DNA of 64,000 nt from Octopus bimaculoides (lineage: Eukaryota): NCBI RefSeq assembly GCF_001194135.2, contig NC_068981.1, forward strand, positions 194,447,784-194,511,783, read 5' to 3'. How positions within the stretch are numbered: position 1 is the first letter of the stretch; every line of letters starts with the position of its first letter. A program made the translations under genes and the position numbers. Shown piece after piece: positions 24,501 to 36,487 of this stretch. The notes beneath the pieces are model-generated. The model had not been told where the DNA came from. It saw only the letters and a list, made by a program, of their open reading frames with translations, and did not search any database.

Positions 24501-26582
24501 CGACATGTGGCACCTTGGTTTTGGGATCTCACTTTTGTTGTGATGGGTGGGTCTTGAGTACAGCAATGTGCCACATATTTCAGTCCTCTCTCATCTCCTT
24601 TGTAAGACTCAGCATTTTGAGAATGGTAAATTTTTGCTATTATTACCTGCCTCTTTAGATGAGTATAAACTGTGATTGGCAAACTTTCAGGATAGCTATC
24701 ACAACCTCATGGCAAAGGAATTGGGTGGCTGTTTCCTTCTGTGGAAGAATTTTTTTGTCAAAAAGTTTAGTGTTTTAGAATTTTACTCCCCAGTTTTCTG
24801 CCGTTTTGGGATAAAGTTTTACTTTTACATCCATCTCATAAGATGAGTCATCCTTCTCATCATCATCATCATCATCGTTTAATGTCTACATTTTCCTACC
24901 TGAATGTGTCAGATGGAATTTGCTTCCAAGCAAGGTAATAATACATTTCTCCATAGCTAGACAAGTCTTTCATGGCAGACTGGAAACAAACAACTTCACT
25001 TGTATAAATGTAGATGCTTGTTTACAAACACCACATGATGCCATGACAAAGGTACAAGGACACACACACACACACACACTCTCTCTTTCTGTTTCCATCT
25101 ACCAAATACAGTCACAAAGCATTGGTTGGCCCAGAGCTATACAAGAAGACTCTTGCCTAACACACTGCACAGTGGGATTGAACTCCAGACGATACATTTC
25201 GGAAGCCAGCTTCTTAACCACACGTTCTTACCTTCACCTATAATAGTATAATGGTCTAATGGTAAAAATTTAGCCGCCTGACCAGGTAACCAGTCTGAGA
25301 GTTAGTAACAAATGGTAATAAATTGATGCCGATAACAGTTTTTCAATCAATGCTAGTTCTGACCATTATTTCCATCAATGGCAATAAAACGTGTAAAAAT
25401 ACGTTCTTTGCAAATATCTATTGACTTAATTTAGACAGAAGACAACTTCAGCAGCAGCGTTAAAATTAACTAATCAATAACAAACTTCAATGCTGTTCAT
25501 ACGGTAAGTCCGACAAAAGTGACAAGTTGATTAAGTACGTTTTATAGCACAAGTATTCACTTCCTTCGAGTGAAAGTGCGTTGGTTAGTTTTCGAATGCA
25601 ACGAGAGAAAAACCGAGCAGCAGTGATGACATCACTAGCTGTAGATCTCTCAGACTATTGACTGCTCTTGAGAAATTCCTAACTTACAAAAAGAAAGAAA
25701 AAAAACAAGTAAAAATAAAACTAAAAATTATGATTCTAATTGAAGCCATGTCAAAAATCTGGTGGTTGTGTCATCAGAAGAATCGATAGAATATTTTCAA
25801 TCTATTGACAGTGATCTCTGCTATCTGCAGAGTTTCTTTTACGTTATTGCTATAGAAGCATTAAGAAATGCCATAATGGTTCTGAACTATGAAGAATTGA
25901 TGGAGCAAGTCTTTTAGAGTTAACTATATTTACCTAATATCAATCCATTCCACTAGAAAATGGTCAGGGGTGTTGTTGATGTTGTTGATGTTGTTGTTAT
26001 TGTTTAGCTGTAGGTCAAAGGCAGCAGGCTGGCAGAATTGTTGGTGTCTTGAGGAAAAAATGTTCAGCGGCATTTCTTCCTCTTTTACATTCTGAGTTCA
26101 AATTCCACCAAGGTCTCATATTTGTCTTTCATCCTTTGAGGGGCAATAAAGCAAGTACCAGTTGGTACAAGTGCAAATGATGAAGGGGACATTAGAAACG
26201 GGTCACAGAGAGTGTAAGGTGTTTATATAGAAATCAAATGGAGTAAAATGAAATAGAAAATGAAATTTTACACAGAAAACAGAATTTTTAAACTGTCTCA
26301 GGTCTGAGGGTAACTTCCTCTGTTTTTTCCCCAGACCTCCTGATAAAAGTCATGTGTTCTCCCCCTGTCTGATTTAGTCATCAAATATAATTAAAAATTA
26401 ACCCTAATTAATGTCTTCCTCTACTCAGGTCTTCCAGTTTTATTCTACTGTGTTTAGAAAGTTATATTTATCTGCATTCCACTGTGAAAGCAATTAGACT
26501 AAGATTAAGAAAAAACATTTTAGGAAAAACCTAGGAAAATCAGTTTAGTGTTTGGATAATCAATATATGTAAAGAAATTTTA

Positions 26583-26810
26583 AGATGGCAAACTTGCAGA
26601 ACCATTAGCATGCTGGGAAAAATGCTTGATGGCATTTTGTCAGTCATTATGTTCTGAGTTCAAATTCTGCCGAGGTTGACTTCGCTTTTCATCCTTTTAG
26701 GGTCGATTAAGTAAAGTACCCGTTGAATACTAGGGTCGATGTAATCGACTTGCCCCTCCTACCCACCCCAAATTTCTGGTTTTGTGCTAAAATTTGAAAC
26801 CAATATCTAC
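26583..26810 (+). mobile_element. SINE family B
   Basis: ttctgagttcaaattctgccgaggttgact..cttttcatcctttt..gtcgat. Confidence 0.85.
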
Positions 26811-27016
26811 TCTGTTACTTGTTTCAGTCATGTGACTGTGGCCATGCTGGAGCACCACCTTTAGTTGAGCAAATCGACCCCAGGACTTATTCTTTGTAAG
26901 CCTAGTACTTATTCTATCAGTCTCTTTTGCCGAACCGCTAAGTTACGGGGACGTAAACACACCAGTATCAGTTGTCAAGCGATGTTGGGGGGACAAACAC
27001 AGACACACAAACATAT

Positions 27017-27059
<43 letters not shown>

Positions 27060-27225
27060 TACGACGGACTTCTTTCAGTTTCCGTCTACCAAATCCACTC
27101 ACAAGGCTTTGGTCGGACTGAGGTTATAGTAGAAGACACTTGCCCAAGGTGCCACGCAGTGGGAATGAACCTGGAACCATGTGGTTGGTAAGCAAGCTAT
27201 TTGCCACACAGCCACTCCTACGCCT
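26808..27225 (-). mobile_element. SINE family A, full length
   Basis: Complete tail, central microsatellite and head. Confidence 0.9.
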
Positions 27226-27399
27226 AGAAATTTTAAGGAGAGTTTTTAATTAATAAGCAAAGGTTGAGGAAGGATTAATTGTGTAGCCATAAATGCGAAA
27301 TGGTAAGTGCAGCCTGTTGTTATGTATGACTAAGCATAATTTGGTAACATGTCTCATGTTTTTGCTAATTGTTTTAGGTTCCTGTGTAATTATGAGCAG

Positions 27400-27640
27400 A
27401 CTAGTCATCGTCACCATCTTGACCCTTCCACCTCTTATCCAGCTGAACATCCAGGATGTGGCAACTAGAGGCAGAGAGGGCTGCATATTACTCCAATGTA
27501 CTGAGCTGAGTACAGTAGAGTAATATGAAATGAAGTGACTTGTTCAAGGACACAGTGTCCCCCTTCGCCCAAGAATTGACACTACAATGTTATGGTTGTG
27601 AGCCAAACACACCAGCCGCTAAGCCATGTACCTTTATGAG
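27400..27640 (-). mobile_element. CORE-like tRNA SINE (family G)
   Basis: Reverse complement tgtgtccttgaacaagtcacttcatttc; similar to 46490-46700, 44630-44830 and 56960-57205. Confidence 0.65.
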
Positions 27641-27689
27641 ACATGACAACCTAATTTCACTTAACTGCACTGGTGACCCTGTCATTGCT

Positions 27690-28160
27690 GGTTCTGCATA
27701 AGTAGACCTGTTGAGTCAAGTAAAACCAATATCGTAGCTGTGGCCAGTGCCCCCTGCCTGACTTCCACGCCAGTGGCATGTAAAAAGCACCAACTGAACA
27801 TGGCCGATGCCAGTACCTGCTGACTGGCCCCCTTGCTGGTGGCGTGTAAAGAGCACCAACCGAACATGACCAATGCCAGTACCCCCTGACTGGTCCCTGT
27901 GCTGGAGGCACATAAAAAGCACTATCTGAACGTGGCTGATGCTAGTACCCCCTGAATGGCTCCTGTGCCACTGGCATGTAAAAAGCACCCACTACACTCT
28001 CAGAGTGGTTGGTGTTAGGAAGGGCATCCAGCTGTAGAAACTTTGCCAGACCAGATTGGAGCCTGGTGCAGCCACTGGCTCTCCAGACCTCAGTCAACCT
28101 GCCCAATCCATGCCGCCAGCATGGAAAAACGGGCATTAAACAGTGATGATGATGATGAAG
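27690..28160 (+). mobile_element. RTE 3'UTR (family C) with roughly 60-bp subrepeats
   Basis: Repeated gccagtacccc..ggcatgtaaaaagcacc units, ttaggaagggcatcc, (GAT)n tail. Confidence 0.85.
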
Positions 28161-29329
28161 CTCCGGTGCTGGTGCCATATAAAAAGTTCTGCTTTTGGTG
28201 CCACCCTGTACATTCTGTAAGGTAGTTGGCATTAGGAAGGGCAGGCATCCAGCTGAAGAAACCATACCAAAACAGAGTATGGAACTTGGTGCAGCTCTCC
28301 AGCCTTGCCAGCCCCTGTCAAACTGTCCATACCAGCATGGAAAATGGATGTTAAGTAATAATGATGATGATGATTATGATGATGATGAACAACAACACAC
28401 TAAACTTGCTATTTAGGTTCAAAAACTATTCAAGACCAACAAAGGACAGTTGTATAGTGTAGGCAGAGGCCACGGTAGTGTTTGTCTTGGTTACAAAATT
28501 CTTGGGGGTGCAAAAAGAAGAGGGAAATAAAAATGGTAATGGTCCATGAGTTAGGGGACACAGTGTTTGTTTGGGGGTCCAATACTTGCCTTTATTTCCA
28601 GGGTTGATAATTCACATGGCACCACAGGTAAATGATTTGATCTGTGAGTGCTGAAAATGTTGGAAACTGCAGAGAAATATTCTTTGAACTGCATTCTGTC
28701 ATCTTGAAACACTGAAGGATACATTGGATAATGGTAGCCTAAAAAAAAGGAATGGATGGTCATAACAAGTCTGCATCTGTCTAACCCAGAAGATCTTTCC
28801 TCCTCATTGTATCCTACTTCTGTTGTAACTAGGGATATCGTTGGACCCATCTGATTCCCTCATCTCTCCAACAATCAATCCCTTACTCTTTCTCATCCTT
28901 CCAACCCTGGCTCTCTCTTCCTAACTCATCGCAATCTCTTCAGAGCTGGGGCCTGGATGAAACCCTCTCCATACACTCAGTGTAGTGATTCATGTTAAAG
29001 AAGAGCATTCAGCCAGAGGAACATCCACCCAAGATGAGATGCACAAATGAGACGTGCTCCTCCAACCCATACAAGAGGGCAGTAAATCCTTGCTAAGATA
29101 ACAACCTGTCTAACCCATGCCAGGAGGGGAAAGCAAATGTAAAACGATGATGATGATGATGTGTGTGTGTGTGTGTGTAATCAGCTACCCCCTCCTCCTG
29201 TCGTTGTTGATCTTTTGCCAAAATTTGAAAGAAAGGCAACGAGCTGGCATAATTGTTATTATGTTGAAGAATAGGCTGAGTGGTATTTCTTCCATTTCTT
29301 GACGTTCTGAGTTTAGATTCCACAAAGAC

Positions 29330-29752
29330 AAAGGCATGGCTGCATGGTAAGTAGCTTGCTTACCAACCACATGGTTCCTAGTTCAATCCCACTGCATGGC
29401 ACCTTAGGCAAGTGTCTTCTACTATAGCCACGGGCTGACCAAAGCCTTGTGAGTGGATTTGATAGACAGAAACTAAAGAAGCCCATCGATGTGTGTGTGT
29501 GTGGGGTGTTTGTGTGTGGGGTGTGTGTGTGGGGGTGGTGTGTGTGTGTGTGTATCTGTGTTTGTCCTCCCATCATTGCTTGACAACTGATGCTGGTGTG
29601 TTTACGTCCACCTTAACTTAGCAGATTGACAAAATAGACCAATAGAATAACTACTAGGCTTACAAAGAATAAGTCCTGGGGTCGATTTGTTCGACCAAAG
29701 GCGGTGCTCCAGCATGGCCACAGTCAAATGGCTGAAACAAGGAAAAGAATAA
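29330..29752 (+). mobile_element. SINE family A, full length
   Basis: Head to tail match to other A copies. Confidence 0.9.
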
Positions 29753-29944
29753 AGGTCAACTCTGCCTTTCATCCTTTTGCGGTCGATAAAATCAAGAACG
29801 AGTTGACTTCTGGAGTCAACGTGATTAACTTAACCTCATCCCTTAAAACTTCTAGCCCTGTGCCAAAATTTAAAACTATCATCTTTGTTGTTGTTATTAT
29901 TATTATTATTATTATCATTATTATTATTATTATTATTATTATTA

Positions 29945-30411
29945 AGGTGGTGAGCATGGTGTAGAGCTGGCAGAATCGGTAGCACGCCGGGCAAAATGCT
30001 TAGCGGTATTTCGTCTGTTTTTACGTTCTGAGTTCAAATTCCGCCGAGGTCGACTTTGCCTTTCATCCTTTCGGGGACAATAAATTAAGTACCAGTTATG
30101 TACTGAGGTTGCTCTGATTGACTAACCTCCTCCCCCCAAATTTCAGGCCTTGTGCCTATAATAGAAAGGATTATTATTATTATTAAGGTGGTGAGTAAGG
30201 TGTAGAGCCGGTAGAATCGTTAGCACACTGGGCAAAATGCGTAGTGGTATTTCGTCTGTCTTTACGTTCTGAGTTCAAATTCCGCCGAGGTCGACTTTGC
30301 CTTTCATCTTTTTGGGGTTGATAAATTAAGTACCAGTTGCATATTGAGGTCGATGTGATCGTCTATCTCCTCTGCCCACAAAATCCATGCCTTGTGCCTA
30401 TAATAGTAAGG

Positions 30412-30465
<54 letters not shown>
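29945..30465 (+). mobile_element. Two head-to-tail SINE family B copies in (TTA)n
   Basis: Copies at about 29945-30180 and 30184-30415, flanked and separated by TTA runs. Confidence 0.9.
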
Positions 30466-30743
30466 TAATTGTTGTTTTGTTTTATATGAGTTATCCCAAG
30501 TCTAACTCAGTGACTTAAAGAAAAAGCAAGTTGGACGTTTTTTCTGTGGGTTTTATTTATGAGTAACGATGATGTATTTCTGGGAAAAGAGACGGAATCT
30601 AAAGAATTATCTGTTAAAAGGTTGTATTATTTGGAATTTTGAAAGATTTGAAAACACTCAAATTCTTTTTCGTAATTTTCATACTTTGGGAGTTTCCTGG
30701 TATTTGATCATAATATTTAAGAACACCATTTTCTATTATCCCC

Positions 30744-30801
<58 letters not shown>

Positions 30802-31260
30802 NNNNNNNNNNNNNNNNNNNNNNNNNNNNNNNNNNNNNNNNNNNNNNNNNNNNNNNNNNNNNNNNNNNNNNNNNNNNNNNNNNNNNNNNNNNNNNNNNNN
30901 NNNNNNNNNNNNNNNNNNNNNNNNNNNNNNNNNNNNNNNNNNNNNNNNNNNNNNNNNNNNNNNNNNNNNNNNNNNNNNNNNNNNNNNNNNNNNNNNNNNN
31001 NNNNNNNNNNNNNNNNNNNNNNNNNNNNNNNNNNNNNNNNNNNNNNNNNNNNNNNNNNNNNNNNNNNNNNNNNNNNNNNNNNNNNNNNNNNNNNNNNNNN
31101 NNNNNNNNNNNNNNNNNNNNNNNNNNNNNNNNNNNNNNNNNNNNNNNNNNNNNNNNNNNNNNNNNNNNNNNNNNNNNNNNNNNNNNNNNNNNNNTATCTA
31201 TCTATCTATCTATCTATATCTATCTATCTATCTATCTATCAATCTATCTATCTATCTATC

Positions 31261-31532
31261 ATCATCATCGTTTAACGTCCGCTTTCCATGCTAGCATGGG
31301 TTGGACGATTTGACTGAGGACTGATGAACCAGATGGCTGCACCAGGCTCCAATCTGATTTGGCAGAGTTTCTACAGCTGGATGCCCTTCCTAACGCCAAC
31401 CACTCCGAAAGTGTAGTGGGTGCTTTTACGTGCCACCGGCACGAGGGCCAGTCACACGGTACTGGCAACGGCCACGCTCAAAATGGTGTTTTTTACGTGC
31501 CACCTGCACACGACCCAGTCCAGTGGCACTGG
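31261..31532 (-). mobile_element. RTE 3' end (family C) inside an R4/Dong fragment
   Basis: atcatcatcgtttaacgtccgctttccatgc.. Confidence 0.9.
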
Positions 31533-31650
31533 CAAATATTTAGGGACAGTTCCTAATGCACCTATAACTACAGGGATACATTTTACCTGCCCTTTCCATA
31601 ATCTCTGTAATTCAATGGCTAGGTCCTGGTACTTTCTATACCTTCCATAT
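31533..31650 (-). mobile_element. R4/Dong-like (RLE) LINE ORF C-terminal fragment
   Basis: KYQDLAIELQRLWKGQVKCIPVVIGALGTVPKYL matches the RLE C-terminal pattern KY..L..E..RLW...V..IP.VIGALG; AAT-type repeat at its 5' junction. Confidence 0.8.
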
Positions 31651-31809
31651 TGATTATTATTATTTTTATTATTATTGTTGTTATTATTATTGGTTATTAT
31701 ATATAATGGAAATTGAGCTCTCACATACCAATATGTTGTGCTGTCAGTGTTGGGTCAAATGTGACCTGAAAGCTTTGTCATCTCTTCAAGAGTGGAAGAA
31801 TTTTTAGTA

Positions 31810-32255
31810 GCGACAATGGTGATAATGATGATGATTACAGTGATGATAAAGATGATGACAATGGGGAAGGATAGTGATGACAAGGGAGAGAGAGATGATG
31901 ATTAATAGTTGTGGGGATGATGATGATAATGATGTTAGTGATGGTGATGATGAATGTGGCAGTGGTAATGGTGTTGGTGATGACGACAATTATAGCGATG
32001 ATGATGATGATGATGATGGCCATGATGTTAGTCATGATGATAATGACATTAGTCATGATAGTGATGATGATGATCATGATGATAATAGTGATGATGATGG
32101 GGGAAGGATAGTGATGAAGATGGAGAGAAATAATGCTGATGGTTATAGTTGTGGTGGTGATGATGATGATGATGATGATGGTGATGATTATGGTGATGAC
32201 GATGATCGTGGTGGTGGTGGTGGTGATGATGATGATGATGGCAAGTGATGATAAT
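31810..32255. repeat. Degenerate (GAT/GGT)n low-complexity tract
   Basis: Visible directly; similar tracts at 35600-36250, 37990-38195 and 58200-58510. Confidence 0.9.
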
Positions 32256-32968
32256 AAGTGTTGTATTAATCTATTTTTAGTTGTTAAACTGCAACCATGT
32301 GATATTGATGAAAAACGGTAAATGTTTGCAAGGTGTTATTAGCAGAATGGTTTCAGCGTGTGTTGAAAGAATTCTCTTCCGACTGTCCGACTGTTTTGCA
32401 TCAACACAAGCTAAATATTTCATTGCATACCTTGTTAACACAGAATACAGCTGACACCCATTTATTTCGCTGCCGTATTCAACATAATTCATAAGTTTTA
32501 TGTTGAAACATGTGTGCACATGGTAGGTTAGATGTAGAGGTGGAGGGGGGTGGAATGGAACGCCAGTAATTCCTGTTATAAATTCCAGTTCTGGTCCTAC
32601 ACAAGCTTAAAACTATTCAAAGCGAGCCAGTGAGGAGAGGTGGGCAGGCGGTTGTCTGTATATAGTCACTTGATCTCGTAGAAATAGCAGTTAAATATCC
32701 CCCAAAATATGCCTGTTAGGGCATCAAGCAAAATGCCTTGCAGAATTTATTTCAAATCCTGTTAAAACTGGTTCGAATCCTGTCTAGATTGACTTTATCT
32801 TTCATTCTTTTAGTCCGGTGTTGGCTGTTGATGTAATTGGCTAACCTCCGTCTTCTCAAAATTGCCATCTCCCAGGCCTAAATCATCATCATCATCATCA
32901 TTAAAAGTGGTGAGTTGGTAGAATTGGATTTTTTTTCTGGTCCTACAAACATTGTAGCCTTTAATCCT

Positions 32969-33174
32969 TTAATCCTTCAGCATTCAATCTGGCCATATCC
33001 AACCCCAAATACTTTCCATGTTTTATGCTCAAACCGACCACATCTGGCCTCTCACACCTACCCTACAATGTCATTCTAAAAATAAACAACCACATCATCA
33101 AAATCTCGAAGTTACAAGATAATGCAAAGTGAATTTAAAACAGTGTGAGAAAAATCTGAATACTCAAGGGTTAA
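32969..33174. mobile_element. TTAA-ended (piggyBac-like) MITE
   Basis: ttaatccttcagcattc..gaatactcaagggttaa; homologous to 11962-12190. Confidence 0.75.
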
Positions 33175-33685
33175 AAGTTTTTTCGCAGAAGATTGGAAGT
33201 GAAGAACACCTCTTATATGACAGTGATTCTCATTTACAACCATCACATGATGTCAAGACAAGGACACACACACACACACACATATATATATACATATATA
33301 TGACGGGCTTCTTTCAGTTTCCGTCTACCAAATCCACTCACAAAGCTTTGGTCGGCCCGAGGCTATAGTAGTGCCATGCAGTAGGACTGAACCTGGAACC
33401 ATGTGGTTGGTAAGCAAGCTACTTATCACACAGCCAGTCCTGCGCCTATTATATATTGTTTTCGGTATAAATTAATATTACTAAGAAATATTACTGGTCC
33501 CTGGCGCATTAGAAAAAAACAACTGCCGATACACCACGTCAGATTGTTTGGAAGGTGTTTCCCTGCAGTACAGCATCCATCATGTAGAGCTGAGGAACTG
33601 CCACAAACAGTGCAGTAGTCACCATTTTGGTGGTTCTCATGTACAGCACAATATCTTAAGGACTTAGTTAAATGTTAGTTGTGTA

Positions 33686-33691
<6 letters not shown>

Positions 33692-33748
<57 letters not shown>

Positions 33749-33888
33749 ATGCTGAAAACTGATCATCTCTTATAGTGGGGTGTGTGTATTACAGATGCTG
33801 TGTGTGTGTGTGTGTGTGTGTGTGTATTACAGATACTGCGTGTGTGTGTATGTATTACAGATGCTCTGTGTGTGTGTATTACAGATGC

Positions 33889-33923
<35 letters not shown>

Positions 33924-34070
33924 TACAGATGCTGTGTGTGTGTGTATTACAAATGCTGTGTGTGTGCGTGTATTACAGATGCTGTGTGTGTGTGTGTGTT
34001 TTTTGCATGGCAATTTTGCATATATATGTGATATACACACGCTCATACAGATGCTGTGTGTGTTAGTTTT
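33692..34070. repeat. (TG)n plus TATTACAGATGC(TG)n minisatellite
   Basis: Motif tattacagatgc recurs about seven times, separated by TG runs. Confidence 0.9.
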
Positions 34071-35129
34071 ATAATCTGCTTGATCAGTTATCGTGTGTGT
34101 ATGTGTATGTGTGTGTGTATACTTATGTGCATGCATGTATGTGTGTGACTGTATGTGAATGTGTGCGTGTCAACCCATTTGCTGTTGATAGGAAATTTAC
34201 CATCCCTTTTCTGGACTGTCCCTAATCATCTTTCTCTTCCTCTCTCCCTCCCTGTTTCTCTCTCTCTCCATTGTATCTTCTTCTGCCCCCTCCTCTTTCC
34301 TTTCTCCCATTCACTCTCTCTCTCTTCACCCCCCTCACTCTCTCTCTCTCTCACTTGCTGACTCTTCACCCCATCTCCCCCTCCATTCAACCATCAATCA
34401 CTCCAACTTTCTTTTCTTTCAGCTTTCTCTCTCTCTCACTCTCTCTCCCCTTCCCCCACTCATTCCATTTCTCTTCACCCTCCCCTCTCTGCACCCTCCC
34501 CTCTCTTCACCCTCCCCTCTCTTCACCCTCCCCTCTCTTCACCCTCCCCTNNNNNNNNNNNNNNNNNNNNNNNNNNNNNNNNNNNNNNNNNNNNNNNNNN
34601 NNNNNNNNNNNNNNNNNNNNNNNNNNNNNNNNNNNNNNNNNNNNNNNNNNNNNNNNNNNNNNNNNNNNNNNNNNNNNNNNNNNNNNNNNNNCCCTGCATT
34701 TTCGCCCTCTACCCCCCCAAAACAGCTAACTGAAGTTGCAACTAATCTAGGAATCTATTTCCAGTCTCTAGTGAAATATTTGAACCAACCATTGTCATTC
34801 TTCAACACTTCTCGTTCCATAGCTGTGATGGCGGAAACTTTCTTTTCCATCCCCCCCCCTTTTTTTTTCTTGGCTTATACTTTGGCAACCGGAGTTTTTG
34901 ACTAATGAATCTATATTGTAATGTCTCCAATGTTGGTCTCACTGCCAACAACAATAAGACTTTGATAGGTCAATGCTTGGTACCATTATCATTATAATGA
35001 TGATGATAACGATATAAGTGCAGTTAATTGCTGCTCACGAGTGTTGGTCGTGGTAACGATGACGAAGATGAAATTGATTAGTAGAGATGAGGATAATAAT
35101 AACAGAAGCAATAGAGTTAATTGGCATTT

Positions 35130-35620
35130 GGCTCACATAACTGGCACTTGTGCTGGTGGCACATAAAAAGCACCTTTTGAGCGTTGGCCCTCACGGAGGC
35201 AAAGTGGCTGATGCCAGTGGCATGTGAAAATCTTTTGAGTGTTGAGCCTCATGGAGGCAAAGTGACTGATGCTGGTGGCACACGAAAAGCTCCTTTCGAG
35301 TGTTGGGCCTCATGGAGGCAATAACCAAGACCTTTGGCATTATGTCATGCTTGAGAAGAAGACCCAGTAAACCAAGTGAAATCACAGTCATGATAGATAC
35401 TGGTGTCACGCAAATGGCACCCATGCCAGTGGCACATTAAAGCACCCATTACACTCTTGGAGTGGTTGGCATCAGGAAGGGCATCCAGCTGTAGAACCTC
35501 TGCCAAATCAGACTGGAGTCTGATGCAGCCTTCCAACATACCAGCCCTGGTCAAATTGTCCAACCCATGCCAACATGGACAACAGACGGTTAAATGAAGA
35601 TGAAGATGATGATGATGTGA
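35130..35620 (+). mobile_element. RTE 3' end with ORF2 tail and internal tandem repeats
   Basis: NQDLWHYVMLEKK followed by the family C UTR and GAT tail. Confidence 0.85.
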
Positions 35621-36284
35621 TTGGTGGTGATGATGATCATGATAGAAGTGTATCAGTTAAATGGTATTGATGAGGAAGTTAGTGGTGATGCTGATGATGA
35701 TGGAGTGGTATTTATGATAATGATAATGGTGATGATGACGATATAGGCAATACCATTAGTTGATGTTGATGATGGTGATGATGGTGGTACAAACAGGACA
35801 GTTGGTGTTGATGGGGATGGTGACGATGATAAGTACAGTGGTAGATTGTCTTTGAGAACGATGATGATGATGATAACTGTTGTGATGATGACAGCAATTG
35901 CAGCAGTGATGATGACAATGATAAAAGGTAGTATGAATTGGTCCCAAGAGAGCAATGCATTCAACATAGAACCATTTTCTAAATGGAATGTAAATTTTTG
36001 TTCTTCCAAACCTGCATCCAAGACTCCATCCTGATGGCCAAGTTCTTTCACCCCAGAAGTTTTGAATCTCAAGAGAATTTTGGACGTGAGACATTCTACC
36101 ATTTCCAATTTGTAATTTTGAACTTCTGTTGCGGGTAACAACAGCAACAGTAACACAGTCATAGTGGTTGTGGTGATGGTGATGATGATGGTGATGGTGA
36201 TGATGATGATGGTGATGATAGCAAATTCATGATGATGATGATAATTGCTTCAGTAAATTAATGGCATCAATAGTGATGGTAATA

Positions 36285-36487
36285 CAGTTCTATATTTGAG
36301 AGATGAGGAATTATGTACATTATTTACATTATTTACATTTGACGGATATTTGTCCTCATCTTGTTTGTTGTTAGCACAACATTTCAGGCTGATATAACCT
36401 CCAGCCTTCATCAGGTGTCTTGGGGAAATTTCGAACCTGGGTTCTCATTCCTAAGGTATTTTTCGATGTTGTTGTTGTTATTATTGC
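36285..36487 (-). mobile_element. SINE family D copy 3 (head missing)
   Basis: Reverse complement gacacctgatgaaggctggaggttatatcagcctgaaatgttgtg and complete tail; hammerhead region 36373-36419. Confidence 0.9.

Noticed and set aside
27690-27990. Regularly spaced repeats of about 60 bp resembling a CRISPR array
   Set aside because: Whole units are degenerate copies with no unique spacers; they belong to the RTE 3'UTR in a eukaryotic context.
29945-30465. SINE B as the partner of the Dong-like LINE
   Set aside because: The SINE B tail is (TTA)n on its sense strand whereas the Dong-like tail is (AAT)n, and no shared 3' sequence is visible.
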